Source: Macrostomum lignano (Eukaryota). From it: a stretch of DNA of 49,753 nt. The DNA lies in NCBI GenBank assembly GCA_002269645.1, contig NIVC01000133.1, positions 117,421 through 167,173 on the forward strand. Reading direction: 5' to 3'. The translations under genes and the position numbers were made by a program. Positions 36,257 to 47,562 of this stretch are shown in pieces (position 1 is the stretch's first letter; each line of letters opens with the position of its first letter). The notes under the pieces are model-generated. The model made no database searches. It saw only the letters and a program-made list of their open reading frames with translations, and was not told the DNA's origin.

Positions 36257-39200
36257 TGGGTGGGAGAGATGCGAGTGGGCGGCTGCTGCTTCTGAATGAA
36301 AGGATTTATACCTGGCGAAAGAATCTACTCACTTCCCCGCCCCTACTGGGCCTGAGTTGATGCAGCCAGCCGTGTGAAGAGGCTGGAGAATCTGCTCCGC
36401 ATACCATAGCATCTTCTGCATGCTCAGCTTTCTCTCTGTCTGTCTGTCTGTCTGTCTGCTCCTCTTTGTTCTAATCCCAGGCTTAGCAATCGTGAGGGAG
36501 AAGTGCTGCTGGAGTTGGCACTGCAAACTTGACTCAATGAAGCTCCGTTCTGCGGGCGGCAGAAGCTCGCGCTGCTTATCGGGTTGCCCGCTTGCAGCCT
36601 CTCTTGGAATGTGCTTGGCCGCTATATATTATCCCACCCAGAACCTGTTGCTCAGCTCTGCTGCCAGAAATTTAGTCTGCACCATATTGAATTGACAAGG
36701 ACATTTCTGGGTGCAGAAAGGTTCCCCCTCTGTGTGTGTGTGACGGGCAATGTCAGAAGCTATGCTGCTACTGCTGGGGAACGGGAATCCGGGGGTTAAC
36801 ATTCTTCTACAAGCAGACACGGGCAGACAGGGGGGGGGGGGGTAGAGAGGGAGAAGCCAGCAGCACCCAGCGGCTTGTCACGCTCTAAGCCGCCAAAGCT
36901 GTCGGAATATGATTTTGATTTTTGGAGGAAAAAAATATGCGTTTTTGCTTTCTTCCTGCCGACAGTTGTGTGTTTGCACTGCCGTTACAATATCCCTTGC
37001 CGGCAGGTTTAAGCTCCCAAAATGGGGCCAGATCCTCAGTCGCGCATCGCTCAATCTCCGCTATCCGGCGCCTCCTCTTGACGCTCTTAATCCACCAAAC
37101 CTCTCCAGCTACTAGCGGAGGGCTTCCTGTTTCTGAGAAAGGAGAGAGACGGTTGGTAGAAAAATAACCGATGGGAAAAAGAGGAGGTCAAACACAAACA
37201 CACACACACGCGCGCACACACACACTTCCTGCTCCGACACGCTGCAGAGTTTCTGGCTATATAATAGGGAGAAAATACACAAGGAAAAAGGAAACCAGGA
37301 CTCGGCGAGAATTTCAAGGGATGAGAGATCGGGGTGTGGGGAGGCCTGCAGGACTTGATTAATAATAAGGGAAGAATTTCCCAAGAAGAGAGGGAAGTGA
37401 GCGTCTGCTGAGACCAGAGGCCAGGCGTAGACCCATCAATACGGGTCCGAAAGTCCACTTCATCTTGTTGTGGCGTTTGGAGACTTATTTTACTTCAATT
37501 GTCCCACTCAAGCCATCTTAGCTGGGCTATCGTCGACTAGAATTGAATTACTAATAGAGGCCGACTATTTGACTTCACTTTCTAGCTGTCTTTAGCTCTG
37601 GAAACTTTCACAATTAATTTGTATTTTTGGCCACTCGGCTCGGCTGGGGTTGTACAGGAGATTTCTTGACAAACCTGCTTCGCTTTTAATCAAAGAAAAG
37701 TAGAATAAAAATAGACCAGCGTTAGATTCTGATCACAACATCTCATTACCGGATTCTTCTGCCTATAGTTTTTCTTTCTCTTCAATTTCCTGTTGCCAAG
37801 GGACTGGCCATTTTTTTTTCTTGCCGCCCAGCGCCGCTACTCGGGAGAAAGATAAAAAAGCGATGGAAGAAAAAGATAGGGCCGGAAATTGCGATCGGCG
37901 CGGTTGGGCGGCGAAATATCCTGAAATTTTCCGATTTTGTTCTGCTTGTGCACAAACTTTTTTCTCATTTATTGGGCGACTTCTAAGTATAAATCGGGCA
38001 AGGTTATCGATATCGATTTCTAAGAAATTGCGCTTCTTTCAAGCTCAAATAGTCTCGTTTATTAGATTTCTAAGAAATAGCCGTTTGTTAAAATACTATT
38101 GTATTTAGATTTGATTGTTTCTTAGCAAAGACGACACTTGGAATATACGGGCAAGATTTTGGCGTGGCTTTGTTATTACGAGAAAGTCAAATTCTAAGAA
38201 ATCTGCATTTTTTTCTACGAAATTTATATCTTAGTTTAGGTGGTTTCCTAGAAAGGGTAGCGCAAAATGATAAAATATTCGACTCAGCTCTAAAATAAAT
38301 ATATATGACAAACTAGGCAATTATTGAATACCCTTTATAAGATAAAATACACTATACTGTTGAATGGTACTCGATATTCGAATGTCTTTAGCGATAATCA
38401 GTTATCTATCTATATTTACAGCCATTTTTCTAGCTAATGCTGCTTTTTATTGGAGTCCTCTGAGAGTCTGCCGCCTGTCTGCCTGCCGGGCAGATAGATG
38501 AGAGGTGGAGATACAGGTTGGAAGTCTTTGTCTTCACCCTCCCTAGGGTGTCCTTAGTAGCCAATCAAGAGTAGTGCTACCAGATAGGGTCTTGGATTTG
38601 GGATCCTGGAACCCGATGCCATAGATACTGTGGTTGATGAAGCTATAACTGGGGGAGGGGAGCAATGCAGGTTCCCCAATTCATTCCAGCCTGCCAGGGC
38701 ATTTCCACGCGCTCCGCTGTGTGACGTAATCACACTCCAACAGGCGCATTGGGGCGCGCCTCTGGGCAAAGAGAAGAAGTAGCCATGCAGTGTGGAGAAT
38801 CCTCCACTAGAAGAAGACCTTATAGGAAGCTGGGAGATGTGGTGAGAACTGAAATCTGTTAGCTCAACATCGCCCCCCCCGACCCTATTGTTGGCGTCGC
38901 TGGCTTTGCCGGAGCCATATGAATTGGATGCTAATGAAGAATTTCACATTCAAGGACTGAACATTGAGTGACGCGCCCGAGAGACCGAGAGTTGGACTGC
39001 CGTGGATCACTATTATAGTAGAATCTGGATTGGAGTGCAGGTAGAAAAAATACAGTTTTAGAAACATCGATTATAATAGCGATAGCCAATATAAATAAGC
39101 CTTTAAGACGTGCAGTGAAATATAACAATAGTATGATTCTCCTATTCAGATTCAAGTAGCAGCTTAAGCATGCTGAGGAGTTTTATTACTCTAACTATGC

Positions 39201-39605
39201 TGGTAAGCAAAAAGCCTGAATGAGCGAGGAGTAGCACCACTGTTTTAAATTGTATCAAATTGGCATTGAGAGACTTCGATCGCGCCTTGCTTTACTCTAT
39301 TCTGCATTCAACTATATTGATTGTTGAGTTTCAAAGAGCATATTTTTTGTCGGCGCGAATTTCTATAGTCAAACGCGTCTGACTCGCGCCACAACCCATG
39401 GTTCGATTCCAAATTCATTTGGGGTTGTGAGCACGAGAATTAGCCTAGGAGAGGGGGGGGGGTTGTCGTGCGATCCCCAGCCATGAGGGCCAACCCCAGG
39501 GCACAGAGAGTGTACATGTCTGACGATTAGAAAGTCAGGGCTGCTGTACACCCTGCGTGTCTGCGTGTACAGTATTGGCGCGCATGCATTGTGCTCAGGG
39601 GGGGG

Positions 39606-39852
39606 GGCGGGGCATCACAAACCCGAAAAATCACAAACCCGAAATATCATATCTCCGAAAACAAAAATAGCATTGCCCATTTCAGAGTTATGATATTTCG
39701 GGTTTATGATGGGCAGTGCTATTTTGCCATTTTTGGTTTTCGGAGTTGTGATTTTTCGGGTTTATGATATTTCGGGTTTATGATGGGCGTTACTATTAAT
39801 TTCGGAGTTGGAATTTTTCGGGTTTCTGATATTTCGGGTTTATGATGTCGCC
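39606..39852. mobile_element. Foldback-type MITE with internally repeated TIRs
   Basis: The left end GGCG..CATCACAAACCCGAAAAATCACAAACCCGAAATATC is the inverse of the right end. Several internal TTTCGGGTTTATGAT repeats. No clear TSD. Confidence 0.65.
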
Positions 39853-40370
39853 GAACGTTGGAAATTGGCGTCTCTTGAAAATGTATATTCGCATATATAA
39901 CCTACTCTTAGAAAAAGCTTAAAGCATTTTTTTACTTCCGTTGGGCGAATTCGAGCAAAATGATAGTGGGAAAACGAAAATCCCCCTGCTTGACGAACAA
40001 AGGACTTACGAAAAAAGCACTTTCGTAAGCATGCAAGAACTTACGAGAATAGTTTTGCCAAATAATTGATGAACTTATCCCCCAATGTCCTGCCGGGCTG
40101 AATCGTGCTGTGCCTCTTTGATCCCGGGCTCCCTCCTAGCGAAATAAAGTGTCCCTCTGTGTTCCCCTCCCTTCTTTCCCAAATCCTCTTTATTCCCCCG
40201 CAAGCATCCCTTCCTCCGAACCAGTGGCCGAAAAGACTGCAAATGCCCGCGCAAAGATCAAAGGCGCGCAGAAAAGCGAATGCAAAAGTTCGAAGAGGGA
40301 CCCTTCCGCAGTGCTCAGGAGTCTTTATTCCCCCCTATCGCTACTCTTGATCGAATGCTCCGAGGCTCAC

Positions 40371-40466
40371 CTTTGGCAACTGCCGCTGCTCGCTGCTGTC
40401 GTTGACTCGGAATTCATCTGGCAGCGCGGCGGCTGTCGCTGCCGCTGCCGCCGCCGCCGTCGAGGC
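40371..40466 (-). CDS. Poly-Ala exon (ASTAAAAAAATAAALPDEFRVNDSSEQRQLPK); alternative continuation of gene A or part of another gene
   Basis: Strong AAG|gtgagc donor, 96 nt, phase 0-0, compatible with gene A exon 4. The acceptor (ctatcgag) is non-optimal. Confidence 0.42.
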
Positions 40467-41114
40467 CTCGATAGAGAACAGAGCTGAGCAGCCAGTTAGA
40501 AATGCTTTCTGAAATTTGATTTGCCCCAAGTATCGGCTAATTGAATGCACTTTATAAAATCATTTCATGAATTTAAATATCTGCCTCAGTTAAATCTGAG
40601 TGCTGTGTACAGCTTGCAAGCACTCCTAAAGTACAACAGGACGTAAAACTCAGTCGTGTCATTTTTGGAGGCCTATTTCCTGGAAAAAATACACTGCCGA
40701 GATAGGAAAAATCGTTTTTTTCCATCACATAATCAATGATTGCATGATCTGGGGCAGTGAAGATTATAATGGTTTAATAGTAACTGCATGCAACATTTTT
40801 ATTAAAAATATACTTGATTCAAGAAGGAACAAAACAAAGAGTTTAGCTAATGCCACTTGTTAGTATTTACAACTTTGGGCTTATGAATTATGAAAAATAG
40901 TATATTAAAAGATGCCGTGCATGCTAAATTAAGATGGTAGTCTTCATAGCCCTAAATCACATGCAAACATGGTTATATGGTGAAGAGATTATTTCCTATC
41001 TCCGCAGTGTATTTCTTCCAGCAAATTGGCCTCCAAAAATTACATGGTTTTTTAGGTTCGCGACCTGTTTTGCTAAGAGTTAAGTGGTCCTTGACAGCTT
41101 GTCGCAACAGCTTG

Positions 41115-41147
41115 TCACTGTGTGAGTCGCAACTCAGTGTACAACTC
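41115..41147 (-). CDS. Gene A probable terminal exon (ELYTELRLTQ*)
   Basis: aaatacag| acceptor after a 108-nt intron, phase 0, TGA at 41117-41115. Confidence 0.55.
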   Translation of the reverse strand, partial: ELYTELRLTQ

Positions 41148-41255
41148 CTGTATTTGTACAGCAGCTAAGAGCTGCTACCCCATCGCAGTAGGGTACCTTG
41201 ACTTACAAAAACTCGTAGTTATTGCTTTTGAACAAAACTTCATACAATCCTTTAC

Positions 41256-41428
41256 CTCATCTGCACCCTCCTCATCAGAGTCGGGGCCCTCGTCCAGCCG
41301 AGACCCCGGCGGTAAGACGTCGCCGGAACAGACTTCGCTAACGTTTCCATTTCCGTTGCCAGGCAACGAGTTGTCAAGTCGAAATTTACGATGAGCGTGT
41401 TGGGCGCCGCCAACGATAGGACGTTTGT
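41256..41428 (-). CDS. Gene A exon 4: cytoplasmic tail (NKRPIVGG...DEGPDSDEEGADE)
   Basis: ttcatttag| acceptor, GAG|gtaaag donor, 173 nt, phase 1-0. Frame continues from the TM exon and ends in an acidic stretch. Confidence 0.78.
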
Positions 41429-41662
41429 CTAAATGAACAAGTTATATTACAGTTAGTCTTCTATGGTCTAAACTGCTACTTGAGTCTATGGGTCTAGGAG
41501 TCTAATGAGCACATTGGAGCATTTAAAAATCAGGTGGTGGTCAGGGCATTCAAGTGGAACTAAGCTAAAATGAGAATTAATTAGCGCTTTATGCACTAAA
41601 AATTAAGCTTATCTAACAAGCGTACGTGTGAAGTATAATTATACAATGAGGGTATCACTAAC

Positions 41663-41783
41663 TTTTTATGTAACAAGCGGCAAGCGTTAGAATGACGAAT
41701 ACCAAACCAAGAATAATTCCAACAAGCACCGGTGTAAGATAAAATGATGAATCTTGGGGGGCCTGTTCCTTAACCGATTGCCT
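41663..41783 (-). CDS. Gene A exon 3: transmembrane helix (RQSVKEQAPQDSSFYLT-PVLVGIILGLVFVILTLAAC-YIK)
   Basis: ttaatttcag| acceptor, |gttagt donor, 121 nt, phase 0-1. About 20 hydrophobic residues followed by basic residues. Confidence 0.82.
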
Positions 41784-41888
41784 CTGAAATTAAGAAACAG
41801 GCTGTTTCTCTCTGATCACAGACTCATTCATGCATGTATTCTCGTTTTTAAGAAGAGTAGAAGTTTCAACACAGAAATATCGACTTAC

Positions 41889-41990
41889 AGCAAAAATAAA
41901 TAAAGTGTCGCTCAACTTCTTGTAAGAGATGAAGGAGTCTTTCGATGATGTGACTCCGAATTGAAATTTGAAATCAACCTCCAATTGGGT
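41889..41990 (-). CDS. Gene A exon 2 (TQLEVDFKFQFGVTSSKDSFISYKKLSDTLFIFA)
   Basis: aaacaag| acceptor, GCT|gtaagt donor, 102 nt, phase 0-0. Confidence 0.72.
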
Positions 41991-42276
41991 CTTGTTTGAT
42001 GCATAGATTACATTGACTTGTTTCTGAAAATGGTGGTTTTCTATAGTTTGGTATAATTATGTTTTACGTATAGTTTGATAATTCAGTATTAAGTTATAAG
42101 TAAAAAAACTTTACAATTTTAGAGATAAGAGCAGAAAATGTCCAAATTAAGTTTAACAGAAACTTTACTTTGATTTAAAGCGAGGATTGTAATAAGATAA
42201 ACTTTACTGTGAATCGAAACGATTCAAGTCATCTAAATGAGTGAAGGAACTATTCAAGTTGAATATAGCGACTTAC

Positions 42277-42522
42277 CGTGCCGAAAATTAAGACCTTGAT
42301 AAATCTAGGCCTAAAAGACGATGAAAACGAACCATTGCCGTGTTGATATAGTCGTGGGTGCACAAAGCACAAACTTCGGTAGCCCTTTTCAGTAAAAATA
42401 CTTGCCACATCGTTAAGTTGATCGAGGATTGGGTTGTCAAGTGTATTTAAAGTATTGAATGCACTATTACTTTGTGTATCACTAAACAAGGAGAGGCTGA
42501 TGATAAAGAATATGAGGTTCAT
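42277..42522 (-). CDS. Gene A (small type I membrane protein) exon 1: signal peptide and ectodomain start
   Basis: ATG followed by MNLIFFIISLSLFSDTQS. 82 codons ending in a strong ACG|gtaagt donor, phase 0. Confidence 0.78.
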
Positions 42523-43399
42523 AATACATGTTGACTGTTTTACGATTACAAATTCCTGCCGAAATGGAACTCCATATCCGAGTAGGTGAAACTTGAAAGC
42601 ACGATGTTTTAAATTTGTATAAGTGAGTTTTCACATTACCGTTTATAAAAGATATTTCTGTTTTTCAACATTAAAAATTAAATTACTGAATTTTACTGAA
42701 TTTTTACGTTCGGCATTCGTGTTTAGCTTCAGATTTAAAAAAAGGAGCTTTGCTTTGATAAAATTCAATAATATTTCGTATAATATTTTTGACATTGCTT
42801 TCTCGGAAAAACGAAAATATGGCATTCTATGAAACATAACAAGCAAACTGGGTTAGGCTAAAGGTCCTGTTTAATATAATGTCTCTAGGCATTATTTTTT
42901 GCATAAACCAGACAACCATCATTTTACTCATAAAATATTTTTAATCTTAAGAAATACAAGTTGCGCAGTTGAAACTCTAGCTTTTATCCACCAATGAAAT
43001 ATGAAATTAATTAACATTTAAATTAAATGTAAAGATAACCCAGGAAGGTTTACTATTTAATTAATTTCAGTAGAAACAAATATTTCCGAGAATTAGTAAG
43101 TTATAATATTGTTTTGCTAGAATATTATATTAGATTAGAACTAGTTTTAATTCTTTTTTTGTAATGATAGGCTCCTATAAATTCTTAATAGTAAATGTGC
43201 TGTATGTGCATAGTGCATATAATATTTCCTTACAATTAAACTACCTTCCACATATTTATGCATATACATAAATCTGGCATAACTATGGTTTTGTTTGTTA
43301 TATTATTTCTTGTTTCAAATTTGTTCCAGCGCACGTAGAAATGGCTCGTTATATTATTTTAAGTTCAAAAAAGATTACCCACCACCAAAAAAGTTCAAA

Positions 43400-43580
43400 T
43401 TAAAGTTTGAAGTCACAAGAAAGATAATCGGCATTGCAAACACATTTGAGCACCGGCTGGCATCCACACTGCTGTTCATTGGCAAGCAGCCTGTAGGTGG
43501 CCAACCAACGAATACAAGCCAGCATATCTGTTGTCACGGCTGCCAGGTCCCTCATTGTGAGGTCCAGTTGGCACAGCTCT
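43400..43580 (-). pseudogene. Merlin/ISXO2-like transposase N-terminal fragment
   Basis: MRDLAAVTTDMLACIRWLATYRLLANEQQCGCQPV resembles the N-terminal Zn-ribbon region of eukaryotic ISXO2-like transposases (..D...cI.wL....LL.....C.C). Truncated. Confidence 0.45.
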
Positions 43581-43906
43581 GCAGGCGGACGCAAATCGCC
43601 TACCAGAATGATTGTCATAGGAGCTGATAGTCATCCAGCCATTTCTACATGCTTTGCTTTGGTTCATTTTTAGCACAACCAGTGCATTTTATAAAATAGT
43701 TATACATGGTAGACAATCTTAGCTAGTGTTATTTGCTGTTAAAGTATATATGTCTAAACAATAGTGTCAATAGTATTTTTTAAGAATTTGTAGTCTTATA
43801 TAACATAAAGCTAAAGTTTTGCATTTATAAATATATATATTTGTTTAGCTATCTTAAAAGATGTTTCTTTATATAGCAATCAATACTATCAATATTAGTA
43901 AAAAGA

Positions 43907-44880
43907 CTAGCAATCTAGTGCCCCTTTGGGTGCCAAATAAGTAAAGAGCAAAAATTATCATGCAAATCCATTAGAAAAGCACATTTTCTTAAAAACCAGT
44001 TTTTTCTTTGGTTTATAGATCACCTTATATTTGAGTAAAATTTTCATGGACAAAGATGTCTGCTATGAATCTATTGTCTAAAAGTAATAAAAGTACACAA
44101 TAAAATAAAGCCTTTACAAAGATAATAGGCATTCCCCCTAAGTCAAAAGCATTCCCTAGATGGCAAACATTGCAAACCCCCCCCCAAGAGCCTCCCCAAT
44201 TGCAAGCAACCCTAGATAGCAAACATCCCCTAGATAGCAAGCATCCCCCAGATAGCAAGCATCCCCCAGACAACAAGCATTCCCCCAATAGCAAGCAACC
44301 TCAGATAGGAAGTATCTCCCAGATAGCAAGTATCCCCTAGACAGCAAGCATCCCCTAGATAGCAAGCATCCCCCAGATAGCAAGCATCCCCCAGATAGCA
44401 AGCATCCCCTGAATGCAAGCAACCCTAGATAGCAAACATCCCCTAGACAGTAAGCATCCGCCAGATAGCAAGCATCCCCTGATTGCAAGCAACCCCAAAT
44501 AGCAAACATCCCCCAGACAGCAAGCATCGCCCAGATAGCAAGTATCTCCCAATAGTAAGCAAACCCAGATAGCAAGTATCCCTCAGATAGCAAGCATCCC
44601 TAGATAGAAAAAATCCTTGGAGATATTTCTTGGATGGAAAGAAATAGCTAGCAACCGCTTTTCAGATAGAAAGTACCTTCCACACCCAAAGAGCAAGCAT
44701 CTCCTAATAGCAAGTACCTTAGATAGCAAGCATCTTTTTGATAGCAAGCATCCCAGCAATAGCAGGCATCCCTCAAATAGCAAGCATCCCCCAGATAGCA
44801 AGTATCCCCCAGATAGCAAGTATCCCTCAGATAGCAAGCATCCCTCAGATAGCAAGCATCCCCTGATAGCAAGTAGCTAG
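43907..44880 (-). mobile_element. Helitron-like element copy 2 with an expanded GATAGCAAGCATCCCC array (about 44150-44870)
   Basis: Same 3' end (GCACCC-AAA-GGGGC hairpin, then CTAG|T), and homologous to 995-1545. Confidence 0.62.
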
Positions 44881-44884
44881 TTCA

Positions 44885-45300
44885 ACAATATCCTCAGCTT
44901 TATAGTGGCTCCTTTATGTTTGGCATGATGCTTATTTTATATTTGATATGGTGTCTCTTCTATGTTTGAAATGATGGCTTTTTTGTTTGACATGGTGGCC
45001 CATTTATGTTTGGCATGACACTTCTTTTGTTTGAAATAGTGTTTGACATAGTGGCTCTTTTATGTTTGAAATGGTGGCTCTTTTATGTTTGAAATGGTGG
45101 CTCTTTTATGTTTGAAATGGTGGCTCTTTTATGTTTGAAATGGTGGCTCTTTTATGTTTGAAATGGTGGCTCTTTTATGTTGTACATGGTGCCTGTTTTA
45201 TGTTTGAAATGGTGCCACCTACTTTTATGTTTGACATGGTAACTCTTTATGTTTGACATGGGATCTCTTTTATGTTTTACATGGTGCCACTTTGCGTTTG
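44885..45300. repeat. 24-bp TTTATGTTTGAAATGGTGGCTCTT array with a homogeneous core and degenerate edges
   Basis: Direct inspection. Confidence 0.9.
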
Positions 45301-45361
45301 ACAATGCACTTCTTTTTTGTTTATCAAAAAAACTTTTTTTTACCTAAAAAATTTTTGCATT

Positions 45362-45427
45362 ACTGAGATTTGAACCCAGGTTGCTACTTTAGCAGTCCAG
45401 TCTGTTCGCCTCTAGGCTATCTCTTGT
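45362..45427 (-). mobile_element. Degenerate tRNA-like head (SINE remnant or tRNA pseudogene)
   Basis: TAGCCTAGAGG and GGTTCAAATC at tRNA spacing, followed by A/T runs. No intact cloverleaf. Confidence 0.45.
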
Positions 45428-46519
45428 CAATTTGATAACATGACTTATGGCCCTTTTAATTCTATACCTACAGCAAGTCTGTTAGAGTAAAATTTATGAC
45501 ATAATCAATTTCTCAGTCAGCCAGTATCAGTCTCAATTTAAGTTAGCAATATGGTTACGCAATTTCAATCAAGTCAGGCGCTATGTTTCAACACTGTATT
45601 TTTAATACAGCAAGGCAATAAAAGTCAGTAAAACTCAGCCTGTATACAGACAATAAATAAATACAATATGGTTACACAATCTCTATCAAGTCTTGCGTGC
45701 TTTTCTTTGAAACTGTTTTCAACTTGTTGTGATATAATCTTAATCAGAATAGGAATTCAGTCAGTCAGTTTTTTCTCTAGCATTCTTATAATGCATTTCA
45801 AGTTGAAAGAGCTTCTTGACCTTTGCAAAAAAGCATGTTTTTCAAATATTTAATCTCTTTAGGAGTGAGAAATTTCTTAGCCAGGATGCATGTACCGTCA
45901 CAGGGAAATTTCTGATTGAATGGTGCAGGTTTGAAGAAAATTGGTTGAGCCAATTTTTTCTGAAATCAATTGCATACCCATATACAAACAATTCATTTTT
46001 ATAAGGAGAAGGAGAGGAGAAGAAGGAGAAGAAGAAAAAAGAAAATAAGGATGAAATTGCTATGGATCATAAAAAATTTCTCTAAGCAACATTTGTAATA
46101 AAATCCTTTTGACTTAGAAATATTGCCATAGCAGATGAAAATTGGCTTTGGACACTAAAAAGTGCTTTTTCAATCTTCTCCTTTTGGTATATAGTAGCTC
46201 GTAGAAAGAAGGCATTAGAGCAACCTTTTAACATTTTAACTATAAGTTTCAACATGGCTATCATGTGTTTAAGTAAGGCATTATCTGATATAATGTGTTG
46301 CAATTTTGAACTTATTTTTATCAAATCATATATTATTTATTCAATTATAAAAATCGTTCAATTTTTTTTGAGTTATTAGCATTTGTTATTTTAAATTTTT
46401 CGGATATAAATTGAAACAAGAGCATTTCAATAGAAGATATATATGATATGGTATGATATAGACATTTAACTTAAAACATTTTTTCTTATAAGTGACTTCA
46501 AATTTGCATTTCAGAAAAC

Positions 46520-46690
46520 ATGGAACAGCATACAATTAAAATAGTTTATGCAATATTATCTTCACTATTATTAAATATTTCCAATGCATCAAGCTTCTCT
46601 TCTCTTGAGGCATTTGATGAGCGAAGCTTTGATGCTCCATTGGTCAAAACATCTTGGCCATTCATTTTGAATATCCAAAGTCCATACAAG
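46520..46690 (+). CDS. Gene B (small type I membrane protein) coding exon 1: signal peptide MEQHTIKIVYAILSSLLLNISNA...
   Basis: ATG shortly after a gcatttcag acceptor, hydrophobic N-terminus, 57 codons, strong AAG|gtaagt donor, phase 0. It could instead be an internal exon of a longer gene. Confidence 0.68.
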
Positions 46691-47069
46691 GTAAGTATCA
46701 TGGTTTATTTGTTTCTTTAAATAATATTAAACCAGTTATAATAATTGTAACTAATGCTAGAAGTGGTTATAATCCTAGGATTTGATGGTCAGTAAATGGG
46801 TCTCATTCCTATGTACATGTGCTATGTATAAAACTAGCCAATCAGTTTTTACAGACATTGAACCAATGTTGAAATGTACATAGCGGGAGTGGGGTGGCTG
46901 TCGGTTTAACGTCGGTAAAAGCTTATCAGCAAAAATTATATACATTAAGTATTAGGTCATATAATGTCAGCCAAGCAGTCCATTTTTATTTTCCATTCTC
47001 ATAAATATTCTTTAGCTCTTCTTACTTTAATTTCATGCTCCTAATTACTTGTAAACAAAATTTATACAG

Positions 47070-47201
47070 ACCGAGGTAGATTTTGCCGAATCGCCCGACA
47101 ATTCAACTTATGTTGTGCTGGCTAATTTTACCAATTTCGGCGCTAACCGAGGCGCTGTACAATTGCGATTAGTTGGGCCCAGCGAACTGGTCGTTTCTGT
47201 G
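47070..47201 (+). CDS. Gene B exon 2 (TEVDFAESPDNSTYVVLANFTNFGANRGAVQLRLVGPSELVVSV)
   Basis: ttatacag| acceptor, GTG|gtaagt donor, 132 nt, phase 0-0. Two N-glycosylation sequons (NST, NFT). Confidence 0.82.
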
Positions 47202-47288
47202 GTAAGTTTACCGGGCCTCTGTTAAATCTGATTGCTTTTAATTCATAATCATACATGAATTATGATGTTACTGTTAATGTTTTCTTAG

Positions 47289-47484
47289 GCCGAAGTGCAA
47301 GACGAGCCGTCAGACAGTGAGAGCTTCAATCTGACGGCCAACACCCTGCTAGTGTATACAGTAGCCGCTGTTGGCTGCGTATCGCTACTATCCTGCGTTA
47401 TTGCCATTGTGTACCTGTGCGTGGCTAGCGCTCAGGATCCCGAGCCTGTGCCGGCTGATAGCAGCAGCGTGCTCACTGATCCAG
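47289..47484 (+). CDS. Gene B exon 3: transmembrane exon (AEVQDEPSDSESFNLTANT-LLVYTVAAVGCVSLLSCVIAIVYLCV-ASAQDPEP...)
   Basis: ttttcttag| acceptor, G|gtacgg donor, 196 nt, phase 0-1. Long hydrophobic helix and an NLT sequon. Confidence 0.85.
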
Positions 47485-47562
47485 GTACGGACTAACCTAT
47501 GCTTTGTAGGCTTGCGGCTTATTAGATTCTGAGTTACCGTTAATTCTAGTCTCTGGTTGCTT

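Noticed and set aside
38446-39040. Candidate terminal exon with AATAAA on the minus strand
   Set aside because: None of the three frames gives a recognisable peptide, and the link to upstream exons is speculative.
39361-39415. B-box-like GGTTCGATTCC with a tRNA-Arg-like stretch
   Set aside because: There is no clear A box or SINE body, so it is too degenerate to call.
41356-41368. RFX X-box-like palindrome GTTGCCAGGCAAC suggesting a ciliary-gene promoter
   Set aside because: It lies inside gene A coding exon 4 (codons for LPGN), so chance is the simpler explanation.
46082-46324. ORF containing IISDNA, resembling a hAT or integrase catalytic motif
   Set aside because: It is a single short motif in AT-rich DNA with no other supporting residues.
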